Shown: positions 8,212 through 17,901 of the stretch, piece after piece | Numbering within the stretch: position 1 is the first letter of the stretch | Layout of the letters: the number at the start of each line of letters is the position of its first letter | From: Candidatus Heimdallarchaeota archaeon | GTDB taxonomy: Archaea > Asgardarchaeota > Heimdallarchaeia > Heimdallarchaeales > Heimdallarchaeaceae | Reading direction: 5' to 3' | Length of the DNA stretch: 64,000 bases | Assembly (NCBI GenBank): GCA_030603365.1 | Contig: JAUVXV010000008.1 | Span: forward strand, 64,001 to 128,000 | The notes under the pieces: model-generated | The model's database searches: none | The model's input: only the letters and a program-made list of their open reading frames with translations | What the model was told of the DNA's origin: nothing | Made by a program: the position numbers and the translations under genes

Positions 8212-11200
8212 ATGGTCATCGATATGCAATCTAGTCCTAGTGAGAGGTTTAGGGAGTTCCTACAAGCCTATCAAGACGAAAACGGAAGACACATCTATAT
8301 TGAACAAGTACAAAAAATGTCTTTAGAAGGACTAACTTCTCTTTATGTTAACTACGATGATTTATTACGTTTTGACCCGGAAATTGCTAGAAATTTGAAA
8401 GAAGATCCTGAAGAGACTATCAAAGCAGGAGATGATGCTCTTATAGATGTTCTAAAAATCGAAGACCCAGTGTATGCATCAAGTGGAGAAGTTTTCCATA
8501 TACGTATTTCAAACATTCCTGATCAAGTAGATTTACGAAGACTAAGATCTGTTCATCTGGGTGAGCTAATCTCTGTTGAAGGAATAATCATACGTCAAAG
8601 TGTTGTCAAACCTTTACTTATCCAGGGTGTTTTTCAATGTGTGCGATGCGGTGAAGTTCATTACATTAATCAAGAAGGTGGATACTACTCAGAGCCTACT
8701 AAATGTGTCAATCCTAACTGTGGAAAAAACGGTCCTTTCTCACTCTTAACAGAGGAATCAACCTATACAGACCTGCAAACGGTTACCGTTCAAGAAAAAC
8801 CAGAAACGCTCCCTCCAGGACAGATACCACGTTCGGTACCCGCTAGACTTGTAGGAGATCTTGTAGATACTGTAAGAGCAGGTGATAGAGCTATTGTTGC
8901 TGGAATTCTGCGAATGAAAGTTAAGGGAAAACAAAGGGGGAAGCTAGCTACTTTTGATCCATGGTTGGATGTGAATTATGTTTCCTCTCGAGAAAAAGAA
9001 TATGAAGATATTGATATAGATCCAGATACTGAACAGGAAATACTAGACATTTCCACCGATATAAACGTTCATAGAAAAATAATCAGATCTGTTGCGCCTT
9101 CAATTTACGGAATGGAAGTTATTAAAGAAGCTTTAATAACAGTGCTTTTTGGAGGAGTTCACAGAGTCGCTCCTGATGGTATGAAACAGAGAGGAGAATC
9201 CAACTTATTAATGATAGGAGACCCTGGAGTAGCTAAATGTGTAAAACCAGGAACAGAAGTTGTTCTAGAGAATGGTGAATTGAGAAAAATTGAGGATATA
9301 GTTGAGGAAAAACTACAATCCAACTCACACAAAGTAGATGATGGCTTTTATGCAACTGGAGAACAACCGATATTGACTATGAATAAGAGTGGTAAAATCG
9401 AAACAGCTAAGTCAAACCTCTTCTGGAAAAGAACTGCTCCCAAGTTAATGTATAAAATCAAAACAGCTTCTGGAAGAGAGATAACAGTTACACCAACTCA
9501 TCCATTTTTTGTTACAGAGAATGGGTATATTCAATCAAAAGAATCCCAGAAAATTAAGGTCGGAGATTTTATTGCTACACCTCGAATCATTACTGTAAAA
9601 GCAAATGAGAACTTAGATATTGATGTAAAAAAGGGACGAACAAGTGCTCAACACATATCTCTTCCAACAGCTGTAACCAAAGAATTAGCTTGTTTCTTAG
9701 GATATATATGTGGAGACGGGTATGTTCAAAAATCAAAATCATCAAGATATACGTGGTTTACTAATACTGATCATATAATCATCAATGATTACATCAAGTG
9801 TCTTACAGGTTCTTTTGGTAATATTAAGTATACAATTCGAGATGGTAGAAAAGGAAAAAGAGCAAAAGATATCTATGTGTCATCCATAGAATTAGGTAGG
9901 TTCTTGGAAAAAGTATCTCCTTCATTTTATGAGGGTGCACTAAATAAAATAATTCCACCAATTATCATGAGGGCTCCAAATTCAGTCATCAAAGAGTTTG
10001 TGAGAGCTTACTTCAATTTAGATAGTACAGTTAGTAAAGAAAGATGCACAATTTCAGCTACTTCTTCAAGTGAAAAACTTCTAAAAGACATGCAATTTCT
10101 ACTAACAAGGTTAGGAATTATTTCTCAAATTGGTTTTACACACTCTAAAAGTCAAACTTCACCAAAAAGGAAATATTATAGATTGAAAATCACTTCATCT
10201 GAACAATTTCAGAGATTTAGAGAAATTATTAGCCTAGACTCGTACAAAGGGGAGAGACTAAAGAAGGAAAAGAAATCAAATACAAATCAAGATATTATAC
10301 CAGGAGTAGGAGAGTTACTTAAGAAGATTCGTAACTCATTGAATTTATATCAAAGACAAATGGGAATTACCAGATCTACATATCAGCACTATGAAAGGGG
10401 AGATAGAAATCCTTCAAGAAAGTCACTGAAAATTATTGTAAACGAGCTGAAAAATCATACGATTTCAGAAGATATTGAAAGATTGGAAAAACTAGTACTA
10501 TCTGATATTTTTTGGGACAGAATTCTAAATATTGAAAAAATCAAACCTGAATTTGAGTGGGTTTATGATTTACAAGTACCAGATACCCACAATTTCATCG
10601 CAAATGGTATTATAATACACAACAGTCAACTCCTGCAATACGTATATAGGCTAGCTCCAAGAGGACTTTTAACTTCTGGTAAAGCAAGTTCAGCCGCAGG
10701 TCTTACAGCTGCTGTGATTCGGGATCCAGAGACAGGAGAGTTTGGTTTAGAAGCTGGTGCTTTGGTACTAGCAGATAGGGGAGTTTGTTTGATCGATGAA
10801 TTTGATAAGATGAATCCAGTAGATAGGTCCTCCATTCATGAGGCGATGGAACAACAATCTTATCATCCAAGTTTTGAAATTTCTCTCTTAAACGGTCAAA
10901 AACGACAAATTGGGAAATTTGTAGATGATCTATTCAATGATAATAATGAAATTAAAATCAAAGGTAAAGACTGTGAAATTCTTTCAGTAGAAAATCTTGG
11001 TTTCAATGTTTTAACTACAGATTTCAAGAAGATTTATGATACAAAAGTAAATCGAGTTAGTCGTCATATGGCTCCTGATAACTTTGTTAAAATTAGTTAC
11101 TCAAACAATTCAGAAATAATAGTAACTCCTGAACACCCGATTTATGTGATTCAAGAGGGGGAGATAATTACTCTCGATGCTGAAACTATAAATGTGGGGA

Positions 11201-12165
11201 TGTATGTTCCAAGTGAATCAAACAATCATTTAGAATTAGAGAAAATAAAAATATGTAATATAGAGATTCTGAAAAATGATGGTGATCTAAAAACTAAATG
11301 GGTTTATGATGTTACAATTGAACCAACAGAGAATTTCATATCTCATGGACTTGTTCTTCACAACACAGTAAGTATAGCCAAAGCTGGTATTGTCGCTACA
11401 CTCAATGCACGTGCGGCTATTATTGCAGCTGCCAATCCTCGTTTTGGTCGTTATGAGGATACTCGTCCCCCCGTAGAAAATATTAACCTTCCATCTACAA
11501 TCTTATCGAGATTTGATTTGATTTTTGTCATAAAAGATGAACCTGATGAAGACATTGATCGCAAGATGGCTAGACACATTTTAGAGCTTAGAAGAGGTCA
11601 TGTACTTGAGGAAGCTGAACCTCCGATATCAATGGATATTTTAAGAAAATACATAAGCTATGCTAAACAACATGTTGAACCCTCTCTTACTGATGAAGCA
11701 ATGGAGAGAATAGAAAAATTTTATCTTGACTTAAGAAAAGAAACTGATGATACAACTGCTATAGCTATTACTCCACGATATCTTGAAGCAATCATTCGTT
11801 TGTCTGAAGCTCAAGCGAGGATGGCTCTGAAAGAAGATGTAACTATAGACCATGTAGAAGCAGCAATAAACCTTCTCAAAACATCTTTGGAGCAAGTTGG
11901 AAAAGACCCTGTAACTGGTCGAGTTGATATAGATTTCATTCTATCTGGAACAACCAAATCTTCAAGATCTAAGATGCAAACAATCATTGACATTATCAAA
12001 GAAGAGTCAAAGCTAGGAAGTTCTGACATCGTATCTGTAAAGAAGGTCAAAGAGCTGGCTAAAGAGCAGAATGTAGAAGAAGACTTTGTTGACAAAGTAA
12101 TTCTTCAGCTTAAAAGTAACGGAGAGATCTATACTCCTCGAGATGGTTTTGTCAAACTAGCCTAA
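8212..12165 (+). CDS. mcm: MCM replicative helicase with two inteins (about 686 aa after splicing)
   Basis: Zn finger CVRC..CVNPNC, GDPGVAK|SQLL Walker A, LIDEFDKM Walker B, AMEQQ|TVSIAKAG, SRFDL arginine finger, C-terminal wH. Confidence 0.97.
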   Translation: MVIDMQSSPSERFREFLQAYQDENGRHIYIEQVQKMSLEGLTSLYVNYDDLLRFDPEIARNLKEDPEETIKAGDDALIDVLKIEDPVYASSGEVFHIRISNIPDQVDLRRLRSVHLGELISVEGIIIRQSVVKPLLIQGVFQCVRCGEVHYINQEGGYYSEPTKCVNPNCGKNGPFSLLTEESTYTDLQTVTVQEKPETLPPGQIPRSVPARLVGDLVDTVRAGDRAIVAGILRMKVKGKQRGKLATFDPWLDVNYVSSREKEYEDIDIDPDTEQEILDISTDINVHRKIIRSVAPSIYGMEVIKEALITVLFGGVHRVAPDGMKQRGESNLLMIGDPGVAKCVKPGTEVVLENGELRKIEDIVEEKLQSNSHKVDDGFYATGEQPILTMNKSGKIETAKSNLFWKRTAPKLMYKIKTASGREITVTPTHPFFVTENGYIQSKESQKIKVGDFIATPRIITVKANENLDIDVKKGRTSAQHISLPTAVTKELACFLGYICGDGYVQKSKSSRYTWFTNTDHIIINDYIKCLTGSFGNIKYTIRDGRKGKRAKDIYVSSIELGRFLEKVSPSFYEGALNKIIPPIIMRAPNSVIKEFVRAYFNLDSTVSKERCTISATSSSEKLLKDMQFLLTRLGIISQIGFTHSKSQTSPKRKYYRLKITSSEQFQRFREIISLDSYKGERLKKEKKSNTNQDIIPGVGELLKKIRNSLNLYQRQMGITRSTYQHYERGDRNPSRKSLKIIVNELKNHTISEDIERLEKLVLSDIFWDRILNIEKIKPEFEWVYDLQVPDTHNFIANGIIIHNSQLLQYVYRLAPRGLLTSGKASSAAGLTAAVIRDPETGEFGLEAGALVLADRGVCLIDEFDKMNPVDRSSIHEAMEQQSYHPSFEISLLNGQKRQIGKFVDDLFNDNNEIKIKGKDCEILSVENLGFNVLTTDFKKIYDTKVNRVSRHMAPDNFVKISYSNNSEIIVTPEHPIYVIQEGEIITLDAETINVGMYVPSESNNHLELEKIKICNIEILKNDGDLKTKWVYDVTIEPTENFISHGLVLHNTVSIAKAGIVATLNARAAIIAAANPRFGRYEDTRPPVENINLPSTILSRFDLIFVIKDEPDEDIDRKMARHILELRRGHVLEEAEPPISMDILRKYISYAKQHVEPSLTDEAMERIEKFYLDLRKETDDTTAIAITPRYLEAIIRLSEAQARMALKEDVTIDHVEAAINLLKTSLEQVGKDPVTGRVDIDFILSGTTKSSRSKMQTIIDIIKEESKLGSSDIVSVKKVKELAKEQNVEEDFVDKVILQLKSNGEIYTPRDGFVKLA
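9238..10623 (+). mobile_element. Intein in the MCM Walker A site (462 aa) with LAGLIDADG homing endonuclease and an embedded XRE-type HTH
   Basis: Starts C(VKPGT); block B TPTHPF; LGYICGDG and RAYFNLDS motifs; LKKIRNSLNLYQRQMGITRSTYQHYERGDRNP HTH; ends WVYDLQV...IIHN followed by Ser. Confidence 0.93.
10858..11364 (+). mobile_element. Mini-intein (169 aa, Ser-start, no endonuclease) in MCM at MEQQ|TVSIAK
   Basis: Starts SYHPSF; block B TPEHPI; ends WVYDVTIEPTENFISHGLVLHN followed by Thr. Confidence 0.92.
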
Positions 12166-12182
12166 TTTAATGTGAATGTACA

Positions 12183-14438
12183 ATGAATATCACAGATCTT
12201 CCAATTCCAGAAATTATAAAGGATAAATTAAAAGAAGATGGAATATTATCTTTGTATCCTCCTCAAACCCAAGCAGTTAAGAAAGGATTATTCAAGGGAA
12301 ACAATCTTGTAGTGGCCATACCCACAGCTTCTGGAAAGACTTTACTCGCCCTTCTAGCTAGTATAAAGAATCTAACAGATACAGGATTAAAAACGCTCTA
12401 TCTTTCTCCCTTAAGAGCACTAGCTTATGAGAAATATATAGAATTCAAAAGTTATCTTGATTTGTTAAATAAGAGAACTATACTGCTCACTGGAGATTAT
12501 GATGCAGAAGATTCAAGTGCAAAGTATGCAGACGTGATAATAGCTACAAATGAAAAAATCGATTCTGCTATAAGACATCAAGCAAGTTGGATTAACAAGA
12601 TTGGGTTAATCATATCTGATGAAGTTCATCTCATCAATGATTCTTCAAGAGGTCCAACGCTTGAAGTAGTTCTTGCGCTTCTTAGGAAAGTAACTAATGC
12701 TCAATTAATTGCTTTAAGTGCAACAATTCGAAATGCAGATCAAATTGCCAGATGGTTAGAAGCTGAATTAGTTTCTAGTGATTGGAGACCTGTTAAATTG
12801 AAAGAAGGAGTACTTTATGATAAAACCATAGTTTACAGGGATGGTTCTGAAATCACAATCCCCTTAAAGCATAAAGATGATTTTAACAATCTTATTAGTT
12901 TCATATTGAGTAAGAAAAATCAAGCTCTTGTATTCGCAACAACTAGAAAAATGGCTGAATCAACAGCAAAGAAATTAGCAACAAGAGTTGTAAAAACTCT
13001 TACAAAAGAAGAGCTAGAGAGATTGAATAATGCATACTCCGAAATCTTAAACACTGGTGAGCAGACCAAACAATCTCGTGGCCTTGCACAACTTGTAAAA
13101 CAAGGAGTGTCATACCACCATGCAGGACTAAACTCTTCTCAAAGAAGGATTATTGAGAGAAACTTTAAGCAAGGTAATATCAAAATATTGAGCAGCACAC
13201 CCACGCTTGCTTCTGGAATCAATTTACCAGCTAGATATGTTATAATTAAAAGTGTTTACCGTTATGATGTTACTTTAGGAAGTTATCCAATTCCTGTGTT
13301 AGAATTTAAACAACAATCTGGAAGAGCTGGTAGACCTCAATATGATAAAGAAGGAGATGCTATAGTTATAGCAAAAAATGAATACGAGGCAACAAATCTT
13401 TACCAAACATATATTACAGCTGATACAGAAGATATAGAATCAAGGATTGCGACCGAACCAGCATTAAGAAAAATCGTTTTGGGGCAGATTGCTACTGAGA
13501 ATACTCAAACTATGGATGAGTTACAAGATTTTATGGGGCAAACCTTCTATGGTTATCAACAAGACACAGCTAGTTTAAGTTCTGTTCTAAAAAAAGTAAT
13601 CAATTTCCTTCGAGAAGAAGGTCTAATAACTCAAGATCCTGATTATCTAATATCGACAAGTTTTGGAAAAAGAGTAAGTCAGTTATATATAGATCCTCTC
13701 GGAGCTATTGTTATTCGAGATGGTTTAGTTAATGCTAATATTAAAGCTAAGAGCTTTCTCAAGGACATCAGTTTTCTTCATCTTGTTTGCTCAACCCCAG
13801 ATGTCAGATATGTAACAATACGCAAGGATGATCAAATCGATATTATTAACTTCATTAGCAATCATGAAGAAGAATTTCTTACAGAACTTCCTGAGTCATC
13901 ATTTGAACTTGAGCTTTTCATGAGTAGAGTGAAAACCGCATTAATATTACAAGATTGGATTAAGGAATTGCCAGAAGAGGTTCTACTTGACCGTTATAAT
14001 ATTGGAAGTGGTGATATTTATATGGTTGTTTCAAATGCAGAATGGTTGCTCTATGCTTCAAGTGAACTTGCAAAATTACTCAATTATAATGAAGTATCCT
14101 CAGTTATTTCGTCACTCCATAATCGTGTCGTTAATGGTATCAAAGAAGAGCTACTAGAACTAGTAAGTATTCCAAACATTGGACGTGTAAGGGCGAGAAC
14201 TCTGTATGAAAAAGGTTTCAAGTCAAGGAAAATCCTAAAGCAGACTGATCCAAAGGAAATCATAAAAATCCCTGGTTTTGGAAAAGAGATAGTCAAAAAC
14301 ATTTTTACTCATTTAATAGGGGAGGATTTCAAGCTTGATCAAATTGGTGAGGATGTTGCTGACAATGCAGAAGAAGAAAACAGATCTTTCACTACTCCTC
14401 AAAAACAATTGGATGATTTTTTTCATGAAGTAAAATAA
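12183..14438 (+). CDS. hel308: Hel308/Hjm Ski2-like DNA helicase
   Basis: LYPPQ, PTASGKT, DEVH, LSAT, YHHAGL, TPTLASGINLPA, GRAGRPQYD motifs; C-terminal HhH GRVRAR. Confidence 0.93.
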   Translation: MNITDLPIPEIIKDKLKEDGILSLYPPQTQAVKKGLFKGNNLVVAIPTASGKTLLALLASIKNLTDTGLKTLYLSPLRALAYEKYIEFKSYLDLLNKRTILLTGDYDAEDSSAKYADVIIATNEKIDSAIRHQASWINKIGLIISDEVHLINDSSRGPTLEVVLALLRKVTNAQLIALSATIRNADQIARWLEAELVSSDWRPVKLKEGVLYDKTIVYRDGSEITIPLKHKDDFNNLISFILSKKNQALVFATTRKMAESTAKKLATRVVKTLTKEELERLNNAYSEILNTGEQTKQSRGLAQLVKQGVSYHHAGLNSSQRRIIERNFKQGNIKILSSTPTLASGINLPARYVIIKSVYRYDVTLGSYPIPVLEFKQQSGRAGRPQYDKEGDAIVIAKNEYEATNLYQTYITADTEDIESRIATEPALRKIVLGQIATENTQTMDELQDFMGQTFYGYQQDTASLSSVLKKVINFLREEGLITQDPDYLISTSFGKRVSQLYIDPLGAIVIRDGLVNANIKAKSFLKDISFLHLVCSTPDVRYVTIRKDDQIDIINFISNHEEEFLTELPESSFELELFMSRVKTALILQDWIKELPEEVLLDRYNIGSGDIYMVVSNAEWLLYASSELAKLLNYNEVSSVISSLHNRVVNGIKEELLELVSIPNIGRVRARTLYEKGFKSRKILKQTDPKEIIKIPGFGKEIVKNIFTHLIGEDFKLDQIGEDVADNAEEENRSFTTPQKQLDDFFHEVK

Positions 14439-14465
14439 TTTAAAAACCCTAAACTTATTATTTAG

Positions 14466-15035
14466 TTGGTAACCTTGATTGCTGAAGATTTGATAACTAG
14501 TGAACTTGAAAGGATACAATACGATTTTGAGGAATTAGATGTTCCTGTAAAATGCCTTAAAACAGTCGAAGAATTCGATATTGGTAATAGAAAGATTAAA
14601 TTAGTCAAAGGACTCCGAATGAAAATTCCTTTTTGGTTATCAAATCTTTTACAAAAAGAGAAACTAGTTGAACCAGAAGAATCTAATGAATTGGATTTTC
14701 CAGCAATTTACAAATTAGCTCTTAAAGAAGGGGAGAATATTGATTTGCAGAAGATTAATACCTTCTTTTACATTTTAATGAAACAGCTGTTTGAGGAGTA
14801 CTCTAAAAAAGGGAAAAAAGTTCCATATAGACAGAAAGAATCAATTGAGATGAAATTGCGAGAATTAATGACTATGAGACTATCAAAAATAATTAAAATC
14901 GCAGAGAAAGGAAAAAACATCACAGTGAAAACTCGCAACTTTACACCAGAAGAAAAATGGCTTTATGAAACAGTATCAACCTTTATAGAAAAATGGAAAG
15001 ACATGGTTAAAGCCTCAGAAGAGGAAACTGATTAA
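14466..15035 (+). CDS. GINS complex subunit, Gins23-type (B-domain then A-domain)
   Basis: N-terminal beta domain with IPFWLxxLL, helical C-terminal domain RLSKIIK...TPEEKWLY; next to mcm. Confidence 0.8.
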   Translation: MVTLIAEDLITSELERIQYDFEELDVPVKCLKTVEEFDIGNRKIKLVKGLRMKIPFWLSNLLQKEKLVEPEESNELDFPAIYKLALKEGENIDLQKINTFFYILMKQLFEEYSKKGKKVPYRQKESIEMKLRELMTMRLSKIIKIAEKGKNITVKTRNFTPEEKWLYETVSTFIEKWKDMVKASEEETD

Positions 15036-15061
15036 AAAAAACTTATATTCTCATTTGTGTT

Positions 15062-16684
15062 ATGCTTTATGTGCCAAAATATATCTTTATCTGCGGAGCT
15101 TTAATTTCAGGTTTAGGTAAGGGAGTAGTAACTTCATCTATAGGTAGAAATCTCCAAGTAAGAGGAAAGAATGTAAATGTAATAAAAATAGATCCTTATC
15201 TTAATATTGATGCTGGAACTATGAATCCGTTTGAACATGGTGAAACGTTTGTAACTGCAGATGGATTTGAATTGGATTTAGATATGGGGACCTATGAACG
15301 TTTTCTTAATCTGGAAATGAAAGGAGATCAAAATATAACAACTGGACAAGTTTACAATAATGTAATTCAACGAGAGAGAAAAGGAGATTTTCTTGGAAAA
15401 ACAGTTCAGGTTATTCCCCACATAACTGATGAAATAAAACAAAGGATAAAGAATGTGGGAGAAAGGCAGCCAGACCTTGATGTTCTCATAACTGAAGTTG
15501 GAGGAACAATAGGTGATATTGAAAGTCAACCTTTTTTGGAAGCAATTCGACAATTACGACGAGAAATGATTAAAGAAGATTCCTTAGTAGTTTTAGTTAC
15601 TTATATCATGGAACCTCCTAATTTGAAAGAACAAAAAACTAAACCAACCCAACATGCTGTAAGAGAATTACAATCTATGGGCCTTAATCCAGACATCATA
15701 ATTACAAGGGGAGCCCATGATTTAACAGAGAGTGCTAAACAAAAAATCATTATGTTTTGCAATGTTCCAGCAAATGCAGTATTCTCTCTTCCTGACTTAA
15801 ACACAGTTTTGGCAGCACCTAAATATCTTGACAATCAAGGTTTGGGTTCTACATTGAATCTCATGTTAAGACTTGAAGATATAGTAGCAGATTGGACAGA
15901 GGACTCTAGCTTAGTTGATAAATTTACTTCACCAGAAACGACAGTAAAAATAGCTTTAACTGGAAAATATACAGAACTTGTAGATGCATACATAAGTGTA
16001 AAGGAATCTCTAAATCATGCTGCAGCACATAATGATGTTAAACTCATCATTGATTTTGTTTCAACTGAAAAATATGAAGAGAATCCAGATTCAATTAATG
16101 AGCTAGCAAAATATGATGGTATCCTAGTTCCTGGAGGATTTGGATCCAGAGGGTCAGAAGGGAAAATTAAAGCAATCCAATTTGCTAGAGAAAAGAAAAT
16201 ACCATTCTTAGGTATCTGTTATGGTTTTCAATTAGCAGTCATAGAATTTGCTAGAAACGTTTGCGATTTGAAAGACGCTAACACTACAGAAATTAATCCA
16301 GGTACAAACTATCCAGTAATCGATTTTCTTCCAGAACAACGTGAAATTGATCAAAAGGGAGGAACAATGAGATTAGGAAAACATAAAATACTTCTACAGA
16401 AGGGTTCGTTTTTTGAGAAGATATATGGTTCAGATATAATTTATGAACGTCATAGACATAGATATGAAGTTAATCCAGATTTTATTGAAACACTTGTTTC
16501 TAAGGGAATGATATTCTCAGGAAAATCAGAAGATGGTATCAGAATGGAAACTTTAGAACTGAAAGATCACCCATGTTTCATTGCTTCTCAATTCCATCCG
16601 GAATTTCAGTCAAGGCCAGCAAAACCTACCCCTACATACTTTAAATTCATACAAGTTGCAAGTGAAAATAGCAGTAAGTCTTGA
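15062..16684 (+). CDS. pyrG: CTP synthase
   Basis: SGLGKG, KIDPYLNxDAGTMxPFEHGE, KTKPTQH, VPGGFG, GICYG, RHRHRYE and QFHPEF motifs. Confidence 0.98.
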   Translation: MLYVPKYIFICGALISGLGKGVVTSSIGRNLQVRGKNVNVIKIDPYLNIDAGTMNPFEHGETFVTADGFELDLDMGTYERFLNLEMKGDQNITTGQVYNNVIQRERKGDFLGKTVQVIPHITDEIKQRIKNVGERQPDLDVLITEVGGTIGDIESQPFLEAIRQLRREMIKEDSLVVLVTYIMEPPNLKEQKTKPTQHAVRELQSMGLNPDIIITRGAHDLTESAKQKIIMFCNVPANAVFSLPDLNTVLAAPKYLDNQGLGSTLNLMLRLEDIVADWTEDSSLVDKFTSPETTVKIALTGKYTELVDAYISVKESLNHAAAHNDVKLIIDFVSTEKYEENPDSINELAKYDGILVPGGFGSRGSEGKIKAIQFAREKKIPFLGICYGFQLAVIEFARNVCDLKDANTTEINPGTNYPVIDFLPEQREIDQKGGTMRLGKHKILLQKGSFFEKIYGSDIIYERHRHRYEVNPDFIETLVSKGMIFSGKSEDGIRMETLELKDHPCFIASQFHPEFQSRPAKPTPTYFKFIQVASENSSKS

Positions 16685-16745
16685 AATCTCTTTGACTAGT
16701 AGTTTTAATATGAATATCTAGATGATATAATAGTGTGGAATAAAA

Positions 16746-17900
16746 ATGGCAGTTCAAAATAAGATAGATAAAGCCATTGATGATATCTCAAAAAGAATCA
16801 AAACCTATAATGATCATCGAAAACTCTTTCAAGATCTCTTTCGTGAAGTTAAAGATTCACTTAACCCTTCTGAATTTCCCCCAGCATTTGGAATTCAAAC
16901 CTCCGACACTTTGTTTACCATGAAAGTTCCTGAAACAAACATAGAAGGTTTGAAGTTTGCAGGAGTGGATGGAGGAGTTATTCACCGATCTTTAAACTAC
17001 TTCGATATAGCATTGATAAGAGCTGTAGGTGTGCTTTTCTTTCATAGAAAGGAGACAACACCTATCGTTAAGTATTTTCCAGAAGAACAACCTTTTCCTG
17101 ATATTCTAACAAGTATAGAACCTTTATCTCAAAATGAAATTGATAATTTGATTTCTATTTGGAGGATGCAAAAAGAAATCCGATGTGGTATTTCACTAGT
17201 CGAAAAAGATCATCCTGATGTTATTATGTTAGATGGTTCTGTCCTTCCAGTAATTGATTTTAGGCAGGTTAATCAAAGTGAATTTTTACTAAATCAATAC
17301 AAAAAACTTAAAGCTCTATACAGGAGATTATATACGCTTTGTCAGAAGAATAGGACTGCTCTATGTGGAATCGTAAAAGATTCTCGATCTGCAGTTTTAA
17401 CAAGTAAGTTGTCAGGTTTACTTCCACACTTAAGTAAGGTTCCTGAATTTCAGAAGCTGTTAAATATAGACTATAGACCCATAATCAGACAGCTTAGAGA
17501 TACTGATTTACTATATCATGTTTTAGATGTAAATGAGAGAACATTTGAGTTCTTCTTATCAAATTTCAATGATGAATCTGAGAAAGACTTACCAGATTTC
17601 AAGATCCACTGTTTTTATTTGAAAACTGCTGAATTTGATACTCCATTAAGAGTTGAATATCCTCTGTTATTTTCCAGTCAGCATGATCATGCTCAAACTA
17701 TCTCATCGCTTGTAAATGCAGTATCTAAATTTAATCCAGAATATGGGCTACCAAATGTGATTATAGAAGCAGATGCAAGAGCTAGACTGCAAGAAACAGA
17801 TGCAGATATCTTAGTAGATGAAATTGCTGCAAAAATAGGATATACTGGTTTTTCTCTACAAAAAAGAAGAAATAGAAGTCCCTTTCTTTCAGGTGGTTAA
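16746..17900 (+). CDS. nurA: NurA nuclease
   Basis: AGVDGG, LDGS, GIVKDS, RVE and YGLP..IIEAD..A motifs; coupled to HerA. Confidence 0.88.
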   Translation: MAVQNKIDKAIDDISKRIKTYNDHRKLFQDLFREVKDSLNPSEFPPAFGIQTSDTLFTMKVPETNIEGLKFAGVDGGVIHRSLNYFDIALIRAVGVLFFHRKETTPIVKYFPEEQPFPDILTSIEPLSQNEIDNLISIWRMQKEIRCGISLVEKDHPDVIMLDGSVLPVIDFRQVNQSEFLLNQYKKLKALYRRLYTLCQKNRTALCGIVKDSRSAVLTSKLSGLLPHLSKVPEFQKLLNIDYRPIIRQLRDTDLLYHVLDVNERTFEFFLSNFNDESEKDLPDFKIHCFYLKTAEFDTPLRVEYPLLFSSQHDHAQTISSLVNAVSKFNPEYGLPNVIIEADARARLQETDADILVDEIAAKIGYTGFSLQKRRNRSPFLSGG

Positions 17901-17901
17901 T

